Below the pieces are notes generated by a model. It was not told where the DNA came from. It was given only the letters and a program-made list of their open reading frames with translations, and made no database searches. From an uncultured Candidatus Poseidoniales archaeon (lineage in GTDB: Archaea; Thermoplasmatota; Poseidoniia; Poseidoniales; Poseidoniaceae): a stretch of DNA of 57,169 nucleotides. The translations under genes were made by a program, and so were the position numbers. Positions 37,916-47,918 of this stretch are shown here, one piece after another (position 1 is the stretch's first letter; each line of letters starts with the position of its first letter). The stretch lies in NCBI GenBank assembly GCA_905182725.1, contig CAJJCQ010000032.1, positions 1 to 57,169 of the forward strand. The letters run 5' to 3'.

Positions 37916-40900
37916 TTGATTATGACTCCGAATGAAAGCGCATTTGAACGGAACAATAAAAAGACATCACTCCTAGCCAAATCTATGTTAGCGGAGCGTA
38001 AGCACAAAGTAGCCTCAATTATGGCTATGTTGATGTTCATTATGTCAGCAATTTCATCAGCTCAAGTGATGTTCCTGGACCTCGGAATCGAAGATGAGGA
38101 TTCATCGTCTTCGACCGGTTCCAACACACTCGAACTTGCTGATGAGCATCCAACGTTCTTCGCTGGACGAGCAGACTCCGACGGTGACGGTGTCGACGAC
38201 AGCCTCGATGATTGCCCAAATGGTAACAATGGCTGGACTTCGAATCAAGCTACCACTGACCACGATGAAGACGGTTGTGAAGACAACTCAACAGAAGATC
38301 TCGATGACGACAATGACGGTGTTGCAGACTTATTCCCCGATAATTGCCCGACAGGATTCCTTTCATGGACTTCGACTGGTGCAAATGATTACGACAGTGA
38401 TGGCTGTAAAGACTCAGAAACAGAAGAAATTGACGATGATAACGACGGCGTTTTAGACGGCGCTGACGTCTGTGATGCAGCGACATCCAGTGATTTAAGT
38501 TGGGTTTCAGTTCAAGGGACCACTGACCACGATGAAGACGGTTGCCGAGATGCAGGTGAAGACCTTGATGACGATGACGATGGTGTTGCCGACACATTCC
38601 CTGACATTTGTCCTACTGGAGCCCTTGGATGGACTTCGAATGGTTTCACTGATTACGACGGTGATGGCTGTAGAGATTCCGATGTAGAAGAAACTGACGA
38701 CGATAACGACGGCGTTTTAGACGGTGCTGATAGTTGCGCAGGTGGTGCATTAGGTTGGATTTCAACTGGAGTCACTGATTATGACGGCGACGGCTGTAGA
38801 GATTCCGATGCGGAAGAAACCGATGACGATGACGACGGCGTTTTAGACGGCGTTGATGTCTGTGATGCAGCGACATCCAGTGATTTAGGTTGGATTTCAG
38901 TTCAAGCGACCACTGACCACGATGAAGACGGTTGCCGAGATGTAGGTGAAGACCTTGATGACGACGACGATGGTGTTGCCGACTTATTCCCAGATAATTG
39001 CCCTACTGGAGTCCTCGGATGGATTTCGACTGGCGCTAATGATTACGACAGTGATGGCTGTAAGGACTCCGAATCCGAAGAAACTGACGACGATAACGAT
39101 GGCGTTCTAGACGATGATGACAGTTGCGCAGGTGGTGCATTAGGTTGGATTTCAACTGGAGCCACTGATTATGACGGCGACGGCTGTAGAGATTCCGATG
39201 CGGAAGAAACTGATGACGATGACGACGGCGTTTTAGACGGCGTTGATGTCTGTGATGCAGCGACATCCAGTGATTTAGGTTGGATTTCAGATTCAACAAC
39301 AGATTACGACGGTGATGGCTGTCAAGACTCAACGATTGAAGATCTCGATGACGACAACGATGGTGTTGCCGACTTATTCCCAGACAATTGCCCTACTGGA
39401 GTCCTCGGATGGATTTCGACCAGTGCCAATGACTACGACGGTGATGGATGTCTTGATTCCGATGCAGAAGAAGATGATGACGATAACGACGGTGTCGACG
39501 ATGATAACGATGACTGTTTAGCTGGCAATACCGGTTGGATCTCAAATTCAATTACTGACCACGATTCCGATGGCTGTCAAGACTCCAATGAAGATACCGA
39601 TGACGATAACGATGGTGTTGTCGATACGAGCGATTTAACGTGCCCAAAGGGTGACATCGGTTGGACTTCTGATTCTACAACAGATTACGACAGTGATGGC
39701 TGTCAAGACTCCAATGAAGATACTGATGACGATAACGATGGAGTTGCAGACATCTCTGATGATTGCGATGCAGACATTTCAAGTAATTTGGGATGGACTT
39801 CAGTTCAGGCTACTACAGACCACGATGAAGATGGTTGCCAAGACTCTCTTGAAGACCTTGACGATGACGACGACGGTGTTGCCGACTTATCCCCAGACCT
39901 TTGCCAGACAGGTGACAGAGGATGGACTTCGGTCCAGGCGACCACTGACCACGATGAAGATGGTTGTCTCGACGCTTCCATTGAAGACCTCGACGATGAT
40001 AACGATGGTGTTGCCGACTTATCCCCAGATAATTGCCAAACTGGACTTCTCGGCTGGATCTCTACGAGTATAACAGACTACGATTCCGACGGTTGTCAAG
40101 ACAGTTCTTCAGAAGACGATGATGACGATAACGACGATGTTATCAACAGTCTCGATGATTGTAAAACAGGAGTTCTTCTATGGACCTCTGTTCAAGCGAC
40201 CACTGACCACGATGAAGATGGCTGCAAAGATGCTGACGCAGAAGATCTCGATGATGATAACGATGGTGTTGCTGACTTATTCCCAGACCTTTGCCAGACA
40301 GGAGTTCTTGGTTGGATTTCCACTCCGGCAAATGATTACGATGGCGATGGCTGCAAAGATGATGATGCAGAAGAAGATGATGACGATAACGATGGCATCG
40401 TTGATGATGATGATGACTGTCCAGGCGGACTTGTAGGCTGGATATCCAATGCGATAACAGACCACGATTCTGATGGTTGTCAAGACAGTTCTTCAGAAGA
40501 CGATGATGACGATAACGACGATGTTATCAACAGTCTCGATGCTTGTCCAACAGGCGTTCTTCTTTGGACCTCTGTTCAAGCGACCACCGACCACGATGAA
40601 GATGGCTGCAAAGATGATGATGCAGAAGACCCCGACGATGATGACGATGGAGTTACAGATTTACACCCTGATGTATGTCAAACAGGGGTATTAGGTTGGA
40701 CTTCAAACAGTGGAACCGATTACGACGGCGATGGCTGCAGAGATTCCGACGCTGAAGAGATTGATGACGATAACGATGGAGTTCTCGACGATTCTGATGC
40801 TTGTAATGCAACGGTTTCTGGAAACCTGGGTTGGATATCAGTTCAAGCGACTACTGACCATGATGAAGACGGTTGTCAAGACTCTCTCGAAGACACAGAT

Positions 40901-43900
40901 GATGACAACGATGGTGTCCTTGATACCAATGAACAAACGTGCCCAAAGGGAGACACAGGTTGGACTTCAGTATCAACTGGTTCATCGATCACCGATTATG
41001 ACAGTGATGGCTGTCAAGACTCCAATGAAGACCTCGACGACGATAACGATGGCGTCGAGGATTTGAGTCCTGACCTTTGCCCGACAGGAGTTCTTGGTTG
41101 GATATCAGTCCAGGCAAACACTGACCACGACGAAGATGGTTGCAAAGATGCTGACAACGAAGACCTCGATGATGATAACGACGGCGTCTTTGACCTTGTT
41201 CCAGATGATTGCCTAAAGGGAGTCGTAGGCTGGACGTCGGATTCCTCAACAGACCACGACAGTGATGGCTGCAAAGATGATGACATCGAAGACCTCGATG
41301 ATGATAACGATGGTATTGCTGACTTACATCCTGATCTCTGTCAAACAGGTGAATTGAATTGGACTTCAAACGGTGCCAATGATGCTGATAACGATGGTTG
41401 TAAAGATGATACTGAAGATTTTGACCTCGACAACGACGGCGTTGATGATGTTGATGATTCTTGCCCAACTGGCAGTCAAGGTTGGCTTTCCTCTGCGGCA
41501 ACAGATTACGACAGTGATGGCTGTCAAGATTCTGGTGAAGACCTCGACGATGATAATGATGAAATTTGCGACACTGGGGGTCCGAGTACTTACGGAACTT
41601 CGAGCGAATGCGATGACTCAGCCTCATCTACTGGAATAGATGACTGTGACGCAGCACAATTAGGTAATTTAGATTGGATCTCCACATCACTAACAGATTA
41701 TGACACTGATGGTTGCGAAGATGCCGATAATTCTGAAGACGACGATGATGATAACGATGGTGTTCTCGATAGTAATGATGATTGCGATGCAGATATTTCA
41801 AGCAATTTAGATTGGATTTCTGTTCAAGGCTCAACAGATTATGACCAAGATGGTTGCCAAGATTCTCTCGAAGACCTCGATGACGATAACGACCAAGTTC
41901 TCGACATCAATGATAACTGCAGCGCATATGGAGGCGCTTTAATTTGGATTTCTATTCAAACGAGCACCGATTATGATAGCGATGGTTGCCAAGATTCCGG
42001 AGAAGACCTTGATGATGATAACGATGGTGTTCTTGACGGCAGCGATTCCTGTAACCCGTACACAAGTGAATACAATTGGACTTCCTCACCGACCACTGAC
42101 CAAGATAATGATGGTTGTAAAGATGATACTGAAGATGATGACATGGATAATGATGGAGTCAAGGATGTTGACGATGACTGTAACGCTGGTTCTGTTGGGT
42201 GGAATTCCAATCCGTTGACCGATAATGATGGCGATGGCTGTGAAGATGCAAATGAAGACCTCAATGATGACAATGATGATTATTTAGATACCAATGACGT
42301 GATCTGTACTGCTGGTTTTACCAATTGGACAGCCACCTCGATAACCGATTATGATTCCGATGGTTGCCATGATACCGAAGAGGACTCCGATGATGACAAC
42401 GATGGAGTTGCCGACTTATTCCCCGATGTTTGTACATCCACCACCACTCCAACTCCGGGCGCTTTAGGCTGGATTTCAACGGCATTAACCGATTATGATG
42501 GTGATGGCTGTAAAGATGATTCCGAAGACCTTGATGACGATAATGATGGCATTTGTGATAGTAACGGCCCGAGTACTTACGGTACAGCGGCCTCTTGCGT
42601 GGCCTCCTCTACGTCAACAGATGAATGTCCGATCGGTGTGTTTTTCACATCCTCTTCTTCGACTGACCACGATACAGATGGTTGCAAAGATACCGACCCT
42701 GAAGACCCCGATGATGATAACGATGGCGTTCTCGACGGCCCCGGTGACGGTTCGTCAACAGGCCCCGATAACTGTACTCGGGGTTCGTTAGGTTGGACTT
42801 CTGTATCAACTGGTTCATCAATCACCGATTATGATGGTGATGGCTGTCAAGATTCTCACATTGAAGATAACGACGATGACAATGATGACGTTTTCGATGT
42901 CATTGATTTTTGTGATGCAACTGAATTAAGCAATTTAGGTTGGCTTTCTGTATCAACCGGCGCATCAATTACCGATTACGATTCCGATGGCTGTCAAGAT
43001 TCTCTCGAAGACCTCGACGATGATGACGATGAAGTTTGTGATTCAAATGGTCCCAGTACGTACGGATTATCGAGTTCTTGTGTAGCTTCATCGACTTTGG
43101 TCGATGAATGTCCTGCTAATACTGGCAATTTAGGTTGGATTTCTGTATCAACTGGTCCATCAATTACCGATTATGATATTGATGGTTGCGAAGATGGAAC
43201 TCCAGAAGATCCGGATGCAGATAACGATGGAGTCGATGACAATGTTCCCGACAATTGTGTAAATGGGTTGAAGGATTGGACTTCGAGTCCAACAAACGAT
43301 TACGATGGTGACGGTTGCCGAGACATCGATGAAGACCCCGATGACGACGGAGATGGAGTTGCTGACTTATTCCCTGACGCTTGCACCGCATACACAAGCG
43401 AATTGAATTGGATTTCTAACGGAACCACCGATAATGATGGGGATGGTTGCCGAGACAATTCTACCGAAGACCTCGATGATGATAACGATGGAATCCCTGA
43501 CACCAGTGACTTGTCCTGCCCAGCCGGAGATGTTGGCTGGTCACCTGGAGCTTTAACTGATTATGATTCCGATGGCTGTCGCGATGCAGGAGAAGACCTC
43601 GACGATGATAACGATGGGATTTGTGATGTTGATGGGCCAGGTTCTTACGGCCAATCTATTCTTTGTGCAGCCTCACCTACTTTAGCAGATGAATGCGCTA
43701 AAGGCAATTTGCTCTGGTCTTCCACAGCGATAACAGACTACGACACAGATGGCTGTCGCGATGCCGGAGAAGACCCTGATGACGATAATGATGAAATTTG
43801 TGATACTGGTAGCGCTGCTACTTACGGCGATTCAAATCAGATGGAGTGTAGGGCCTCATCGACTGCAACAGATGAATGTCCTGCTCCTACAGGCAATTTA

Positions 43901-46900
43901 GGTTGGGTTTCTGATCAAGCGACCACCGATAATGATGAAGATGGTTGCCAAGATTCCGGAGAAGACCTCGATGATGACGAAGATGGAATTGGCGATGGTT
44001 TCGATGATTGTTCAGCTGGAACCGTAGGCTGGGCTCCCGGTCCAACCACTGATTATGATTCCGATGGTTGTCGCGATGCTGGAGAAGACCTCGATGACGA
44101 TAACGATGATATTTGTGATAGTGGCGGTTCGAGTACTTACGGTGACTCCAGTTCCTGTGAGCCTTCATCTACTGGAACAGATGAATGTACCGCTTACTCA
44201 AGCGATTTAGGTTGGACTTCTACTCCATTAACCGACAATGACGAGGATGGTTGCCAAGACACAACCGAAGATATCGACGATGATAATGATGGCGTTACCG
44301 ATAGTGGAGATAATTGTCAATTCGTTCCGAACGGCCCACTCTTGGGGGCCGACAACCAACTTAACTACGATTTGATACATGAATCCGTAGAAGAAGGAGA
44401 TGCTTGCGATCTTGATGATGACGAGGATGGAGTCGATGACGATGCCCCTGATAATTGTCCAAGGTTCGATAGCGCTTTGGGCTGGACTTCGAGTCCACTA
44501 AACGATTACGATGGTGACGGTTGTAAAGATGATGTTGAAGACTTTGATGATGACGGCGATGGTGTTGGCGACGGTCTCGATGACTGTAATGCATACACAA
44601 GCGACTTAGGTTGGATTTCCTCTGGAACAACAGACTACGATACCGATGGCTGTCAAGATTCGAACGAAGACCTCGATGATGATAACGATAATATTTGTGA
44701 TGCGAATGGTCCAAGTTCTTACGGCCAATCGAGTTCTTGTGCGCCCTCAAATTATACCACGGATTTCTGTCCTACCGGCACTTTAAGCTGGACTTCTACT
44801 CCAGCAAACGATTACGATACTGACGGTTGCCGAGACGATGAAGACTCAGACGATGACAACGATGGAGTCAATGACAATGTCCCTGATAATTGCCCGAAAG
44901 GAAATGGTATGCCTTGGACTTCCACCCCTGGTAATGATAATGATGGCGATGGATGTTCGAATGCCGAAGACGACGATGATGACTCCGATGGAGTTAACGA
45001 CGTGGATGACAACTGTATCTTTGTAGCGAATCCTGATCAACTTGATTATGACAACGATAGTGCGATACTTGGCTTCGGATTCTCTGGAGATGCTTGTGAT
45101 GATGATGATGATAACGATGGTGTCCTTGACATTACAGATCTCTGTCACTTTGGAAACTTAGGATGGACTTCGAACACGTTTACCGACCACGACGGCGACG
45201 GTTGTCAGGATTCAGACCAGACAGAAGACTCAGATGATGACAACGATGGTGTCGAGGATAGCATAGATGATTGTCAACTCGGCGATATCAACTGGATTTC
45301 GGATGACGTAGGACCTCCAATCACCGATTATGACTCTGATGGTTGCAAAGATGCTACCGAAGACCCTGATGATGACAATGATACAGTGCCTGATGTGAAT
45401 GATAATTGTCAGACTGGAGAACTCGGTTGGACGTCAACACCTGCAAATGATTACGATACCGATGGATGTCGAGATTTAACAGAAGACCCGGATGATGATA
45501 ACGATGGAATCGACGATGTTGACGACTTACTCTGCCAAAAGGGAGATTTGGGCTGGATTTCTGGACCAGTCACCGACCATGACTCTGATGGATGCAGAGA
45601 TGCTGGTGAAGACCCTGACGATGACAATGATACAAAACCTGACATCGGCGATGACTGTAGAATTGGTGAACTCGGCTGGATTTCTGACAGCGTTGGACCA
45701 CCAATAACCGATTATGATAATGACGGTTGCCGAGATGCTACCGAAGACCTTGATGATGATAATGATTTAATCACCGATAATTTAGATGATTGTAATTTCG
45801 GTGATATGGGCTGGATTTCTACCTCGGCTACCGACTGGGATTCAGATGGTTGTAACGATATTACGGAAGACGATGATGATGATAACGACGGACTACGTGA
45901 CTCAGACGATCAATGCCAAACTGGCGATATCGGATGGGGATCAACGGGCCCAATCATTAAAGGAAGCACTGACTACGACGGCGATGGTTGCCAAGATTCT
46001 CTTGAAGACCTTGACGACGACGGTGACGGAATTCTCGATCAGAACGACAGATGCCCGAAAGGTCCTGAATTAATTGAACACTACCCGCTTGAAGACGATC
46101 CGAACGGATTCACTGACTATGATACCGACGGATGCATGGACCAGTGGCATGATTTGGGCGAAGAAGACTTCGACGATGATGACGATGGTGTACTTGACGT
46201 CAATGACGACTGTCAATTCGGAGATTTAGGATGGGTTTCGACTCAGGTCAACGATAACGACGGCGATGGATGCCGAGATTCAACGGAAGACAATGATGAT
46301 GATAACGATGGAGTCATCGATAGTGAAGATCTCTGCTCTGGCGGTGATTCCTCGTGGATTCCTGGACCAGATACTGATTACGATTCCGATGGTTGTCAAG
46401 ACTTGTTAGAAGACAGTGATGACGACAATGACGGAGTTTTCGACATCATTGACTTGTGTCCATACGGCTTACTCGGTTGGATCTCCGATGAAGGAACTGA
46501 TTATGATGGAGATGGCTGTAACGATGAATCGACAGCACCTGTTGAGGATTTTGATATTGATAATGACGGAATCCTTGATGAATTTGATTCCTGCAAAAAG
46601 GGTCTAAGGTTTTGGATTTCCGATACGAGTAATGATTACGACCAAGATGGCTGCTACGATGGAACGGAAGACCTTGATGATGACAACGACAAAGTCATTG
46701 ATACTGGGGATCTCTGTCCCAAAGGTAACTTGGATTGGAAATCTGAAAATTCTACTGATTACGACCGTGATGGTTGTAAAGACGATACAGAAGACCTTGA
46801 CGATGATAATGATGGAGTTTACGACCTCATTGATAATTGTGCCAAAGGAGAACTTGGCTGGCTTTCAACCTCTTCTACCGACCATGATTCTGATGGATGC

Positions 46901-47869
46901 CGAGATTCTACCGAAGATGATGATGATGATAACGATGGCATGTCTGACCTTCTTGACCAATGTCCTCTTGGAAGGGATAATTGGGAGTCGTCGAAGTTTG
47001 ACTACGATTCTGATGGTTGCCGAGATGATATTGAAGATTCCGACAATGACAATGATGGTATTTTGAACGTACAAGACCTCTGTCGTAAAGGAACTCTAAA
47101 TTGGATTTCGAGTACTAGCAATGACCGGGATTCCGATGGATGCCAAGACAGTTCAGAGGATTTAGATGATGATAACGACGATGTATTGGATGCAGCGGAC
47201 GTTTGTCCTATAGGCGAATTGGACTGGCCTTCTTCGGGCATTGAGGATTATGATTCAGATGGTTGTCGAGACAGTACAGAGGATTTGGATGATGATAACG
47301 ATGGTATCTTAGATGCAACTGATTTCTGTAACGAAGGAAAACTGGATTGGACTTCTTCTCCTGCCACTGATTTTGACGCCGATGGATGCTTTGATGACTC
47401 GCCTGAAGACAGTGATGATGATAATGATGGGATTTCTGATCGGACCGACTTGTGTTCACGTGGAACACTTGCGTGGATTTCCGATTCGATAAATGATTAC
47501 GACCAAGACGGTTGCATTGATTCTGGTGAAGACCTTGACGATGATGGTGACGGAGTAGCCGATTTAGCTGACACATGTCCTCTCGGCGAAACAAAATGGG
47601 TCTCATCGACAGAAACAGATTCAGATAGTGATGGTTGCCGTGACATAACTGAAGATCTTGATTACTATTCCCCCGCCGGTGGTAGTGATGGTGAAATCGT
47701 TTGTAATGAGTTTGTTGAAGATTGTGAAGATGCAGTAGCAAATTCAGATGTGATTACGCAAAACTCCACTGATGACCAAGTGAAACGCCTTATCATGACG
47801 ACACTCGCGATTGCTATTGTTCCTACTGTGATCGGTATTCTCGTACTTGCATACCGCATGAAATGGTAA
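37916..47869 (+). CDS. giant (3,317 aa) Asp-rich surface protein built from thrombospondin type-3-like Ca-binding repeats; N-terminal signal anchor and C-terminal TM
   Basis: The N-terminal hydrophobic segment is VASIMAMLMFIMSAISSAQV. A ~43-aa module C-x-G-x-LGW-x-S-x-TDYD-x-DGC-x-D-x-EDLDDDNDGV-x-D is iterated across nearly the whole length. Two classic CxFVxNPDQxDxD-type repeats are present. The C-terminal helix is LIMTTLAIAIVPTVIGILVLAY. The first ATG is at 37922 and the listed start is TTG. Confidence 0.9.
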   Translation: MIMTPNESAFERNNKKTSLLAKSMLAERKHKVASIMAMLMFIMSAISSAQVMFLDLGIEDEDSSSSTGSNTLELADEHPTFFAGRADSDGDGVDDSLDDCPNGNNGWTSNQATTDHDEDGCEDNSTEDLDDDNDGVADLFPDNCPTGFLSWTSTGANDYDSDGCKDSETEEIDDDNDGVLDGADVCDAATSSDLSWVSVQGTTDHDEDGCRDAGEDLDDDDDGVADTFPDICPTGALGWTSNGFTDYDGDGCRDSDVEETDDDNDGVLDGADSCAGGALGWISTGVTDYDGDGCRDSDAEETDDDDDGVLDGVDVCDAATSSDLGWISVQATTDHDEDGCRDVGEDLDDDDDGVADLFPDNCPTGVLGWISTGANDYDSDGCKDSESEETDDDNDGVLDDDDSCAGGALGWISTGATDYDGDGCRDSDAEETDDDDDGVLDGVDVCDAATSSDLGWISDSTTDYDGDGCQDSTIEDLDDDNDGVADLFPDNCPTGVLGWISTSANDYDGDGCLDSDAEEDDDDNDGVDDDNDDCLAGNTGWISNSITDHDSDGCQDSNEDTDDDNDGVVDTSDLTCPKGDIGWTSDSTTDYDSDGCQDSNEDTDDDNDGVADISDDCDADISSNLGWTSVQATTDHDEDGCQDSLEDLDDDDDGVADLSPDLCQTGDRGWTSVQATTDHDEDGCLDASIEDLDDDNDGVADLSPDNCQTGLLGWISTSITDYDSDGCQDSSSEDDDDDNDDVINSLDDCKTGVLLWTSVQATTDHDEDGCKDADAEDLDDDNDGVADLFPDLCQTGVLGWISTPANDYDGDGCKDDDAEEDDDDNDGIVDDDDDCPGGLVGWISNAITDHDSDGCQDSSSEDDDDDNDDVINSLDACPTGVLLWTSVQATTDHDEDGCKDDDAEDPDDDDDGVTDLHPDVCQTGVLGWTSNSGTDYDGDGCRDSDAEEIDDDNDGVLDDSDACNATVSGNLGWISVQATTDHDEDGCQDSLEDTDDDNDGVLDTNEQTCPKGDTGWTSVSTGSSITDYDSDGCQDSNEDLDDDNDGVEDLSPDLCPTGVLGWISVQANTDHDEDGCKDADNEDLDDDNDGVFDLVPDDCLKGVVGWTSDSSTDHDSDGCKDDDIEDLDDDNDGIADLHPDLCQTGELNWTSNGANDADNDGCKDDTEDFDLDNDGVDDVDDSCPTGSQGWLSSAATDYDSDGCQDSGEDLDDDNDEICDTGGPSTYGTSSECDDSASSTGIDDCDAAQLGNLDWISTSLTDYDTDGCEDADNSEDDDDDNDGVLDSNDDCDADISSNLDWISVQGSTDYDQDGCQDSLEDLDDDNDQVLDINDNCSAYGGALIWISIQTSTDYDSDGCQDSGEDLDDDNDGVLDGSDSCNPYTSEYNWTSSPTTDQDNDGCKDDTEDDDMDNDGVKDVDDDCNAGSVGWNSNPLTDNDGDGCEDANEDLNDDNDDYLDTNDVICTAGFTNWTATSITDYDSDGCHDTEEDSDDDNDGVADLFPDVCTSTTTPTPGALGWISTALTDYDGDGCKDDSEDLDDDNDGICDSNGPSTYGTAASCVASSTSTDECPIGVFFTSSSSTDHDTDGCKDTDPEDPDDDNDGVLDGPGDGSSTGPDNCTRGSLGWTSVSTGSSITDYDGDGCQDSHIEDNDDDNDDVFDVIDFCDATELSNLGWLSVSTGASITDYDSDGCQDSLEDLDDDDDEVCDSNGPSTYGLSSSCVASSTLVDECPANTGNLGWISVSTGPSITDYDIDGCEDGTPEDPDADNDGVDDNVPDNCVNGLKDWTSSPTNDYDGDGCRDIDEDPDDDGDGVADLFPDACTAYTSELNWISNGTTDNDGDGCRDNSTEDLDDDNDGIPDTSDLSCPAGDVGWSPGALTDYDSDGCRDAGEDLDDDNDGICDVDGPGSYGQSILCAASPTLADECAKGNLLWSSTAITDYDTDGCRDAGEDPDDDNDEICDTGSAATYGDSNQMECRASSTATDECPAPTGNLGWVSDQATTDNDEDGCQDSGEDLDDDEDGIGDGFDDCSAGTVGWAPGPTTDYDSDGCRDAGEDLDDDNDDICDSGGSSTYGDSSSCEPSSTGTDECTAYSSDLGWTSTPLTDNDEDGCQDTTEDIDDDNDGVTDSGDNCQFVPNGPLLGADNQLNYDLIHESVEEGDACDLDDDEDGVDDDAPDNCPRFDSALGWTSSPLNDYDGDGCKDDVEDFDDDGDGVGDGLDDCNAYTSDLGWISSGTTDYDTDGCQDSNEDLDDDNDNICDANGPSSYGQSSSCAPSNYTTDFCPTGTLSWTSTPANDYDTDGCRDDEDSDDDNDGVNDNVPDNCPKGNGMPWTSTPGNDNDGDGCSNAEDDDDDSDGVNDVDDNCIFVANPDQLDYDNDSAILGFGFSGDACDDDDDNDGVLDITDLCHFGNLGWTSNTFTDHDGDGCQDSDQTEDSDDDNDGVEDSIDDCQLGDINWISDDVGPPITDYDSDGCKDATEDPDDDNDTVPDVNDNCQTGELGWTSTPANDYDTDGCRDLTEDPDDDNDGIDDVDDLLCQKGDLGWISGPVTDHDSDGCRDAGEDPDDDNDTKPDIGDDCRIGELGWISDSVGPPITDYDNDGCRDATEDLDDDNDLITDNLDDCNFGDMGWISTSATDWDSDGCNDITEDDDDDNDGLRDSDDQCQTGDIGWGSTGPIIKGSTDYDGDGCQDSLEDLDDDGDGILDQNDRCPKGPELIEHYPLEDDPNGFTDYDTDGCMDQWHDLGEEDFDDDDDGVLDVNDDCQFGDLGWVSTQVNDNDGDGCRDSTEDNDDDNDGVIDSEDLCSGGDSSWIPGPDTDYDSDGCQDLLEDSDDDNDGVFDIIDLCPYGLLGWISDEGTDYDGDGCNDESTAPVEDFDIDNDGILDEFDSCKKGLRFWISDTSNDYDQDGCYDGTEDLDDDNDKVIDTGDLCPKGNLDWKSENSTDYDRDGCKDDTEDLDDDNDGVYDLIDNCAKGELGWLSTSSTDHDSDGCRDSTEDDDDDNDGMSDLLDQCPLGRDNWESSKFDYDSDGCRDDIEDSDNDNDGILNVQDLCRKGTLNWISSTSNDRDSDGCQDSSEDLDDDNDDVLDAADVCPIGELDWPSSGIEDYDSDGCRDSTEDLDDDNDGILDATDFCNEGKLDWTSSPATDFDADGCFDDSPEDSDDDNDGISDRTDLCSRGTLAWISDSINDYDQDGCIDSGEDLDDDGDGVADLADTCPLGETKWVSSTETDSDSDGCRDITEDLDYYSPAGGSDGEIVCNEFVEDCEDAVANSDVITQNSTDDQVKRLIMTTLAIAIVPTVIGILVLAYRMKW
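38170..47650 (+). repeat. intragenic coding repeat array (~129-nt / ~43-aa TSP3-like modules, on the order of 70 copies)
   Basis: The DxDxDGCxD...DDDNDG pattern and GAY-rich nucleotide composition recur continuously in the translation of 37916-47869. Confidence 0.85.
38471..39290 (+). repeat. three near-identical higher-order copies at exact 390-nt spacing (three modules per unit)
   Basis: The string tgtgatgcagcgacatccagtgattta occurs at 38471, 38861 and 39251. The flanking ~150-200 nt are almost identical between copies. Confidence 0.85.
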
Positions 47870-47918
47870 GCAGCGTGATACTGACACCTTCAAAGAGGTT
47901 GCAGGTTGTGCGAATGTC

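Noticed and set aside
38170-47650. Regular repeat periodicity that could superficially suggest a CRISPR or satellite array.
   Set aside because: The repeats lie in one continuous reading frame with no unique spacers of fixed length. They encode a conserved Cys/Asp motif, so they are coding modules.
38094-47741. Dozens of 60-210 aa ORFs in other frames and on the minus strand inside the giant gene (for example 40989-41627(-), 47208-47741(-), 39651-40073(+), 46632-47066(+)).
   Set aside because: Their translations are low-complexity (H/R/L/Q-rich or M/T/V-rich) mirror images of the GAY-rich repeat. The + frame of 37916-47869 is uninterrupted and carries a coherent motif architecture.
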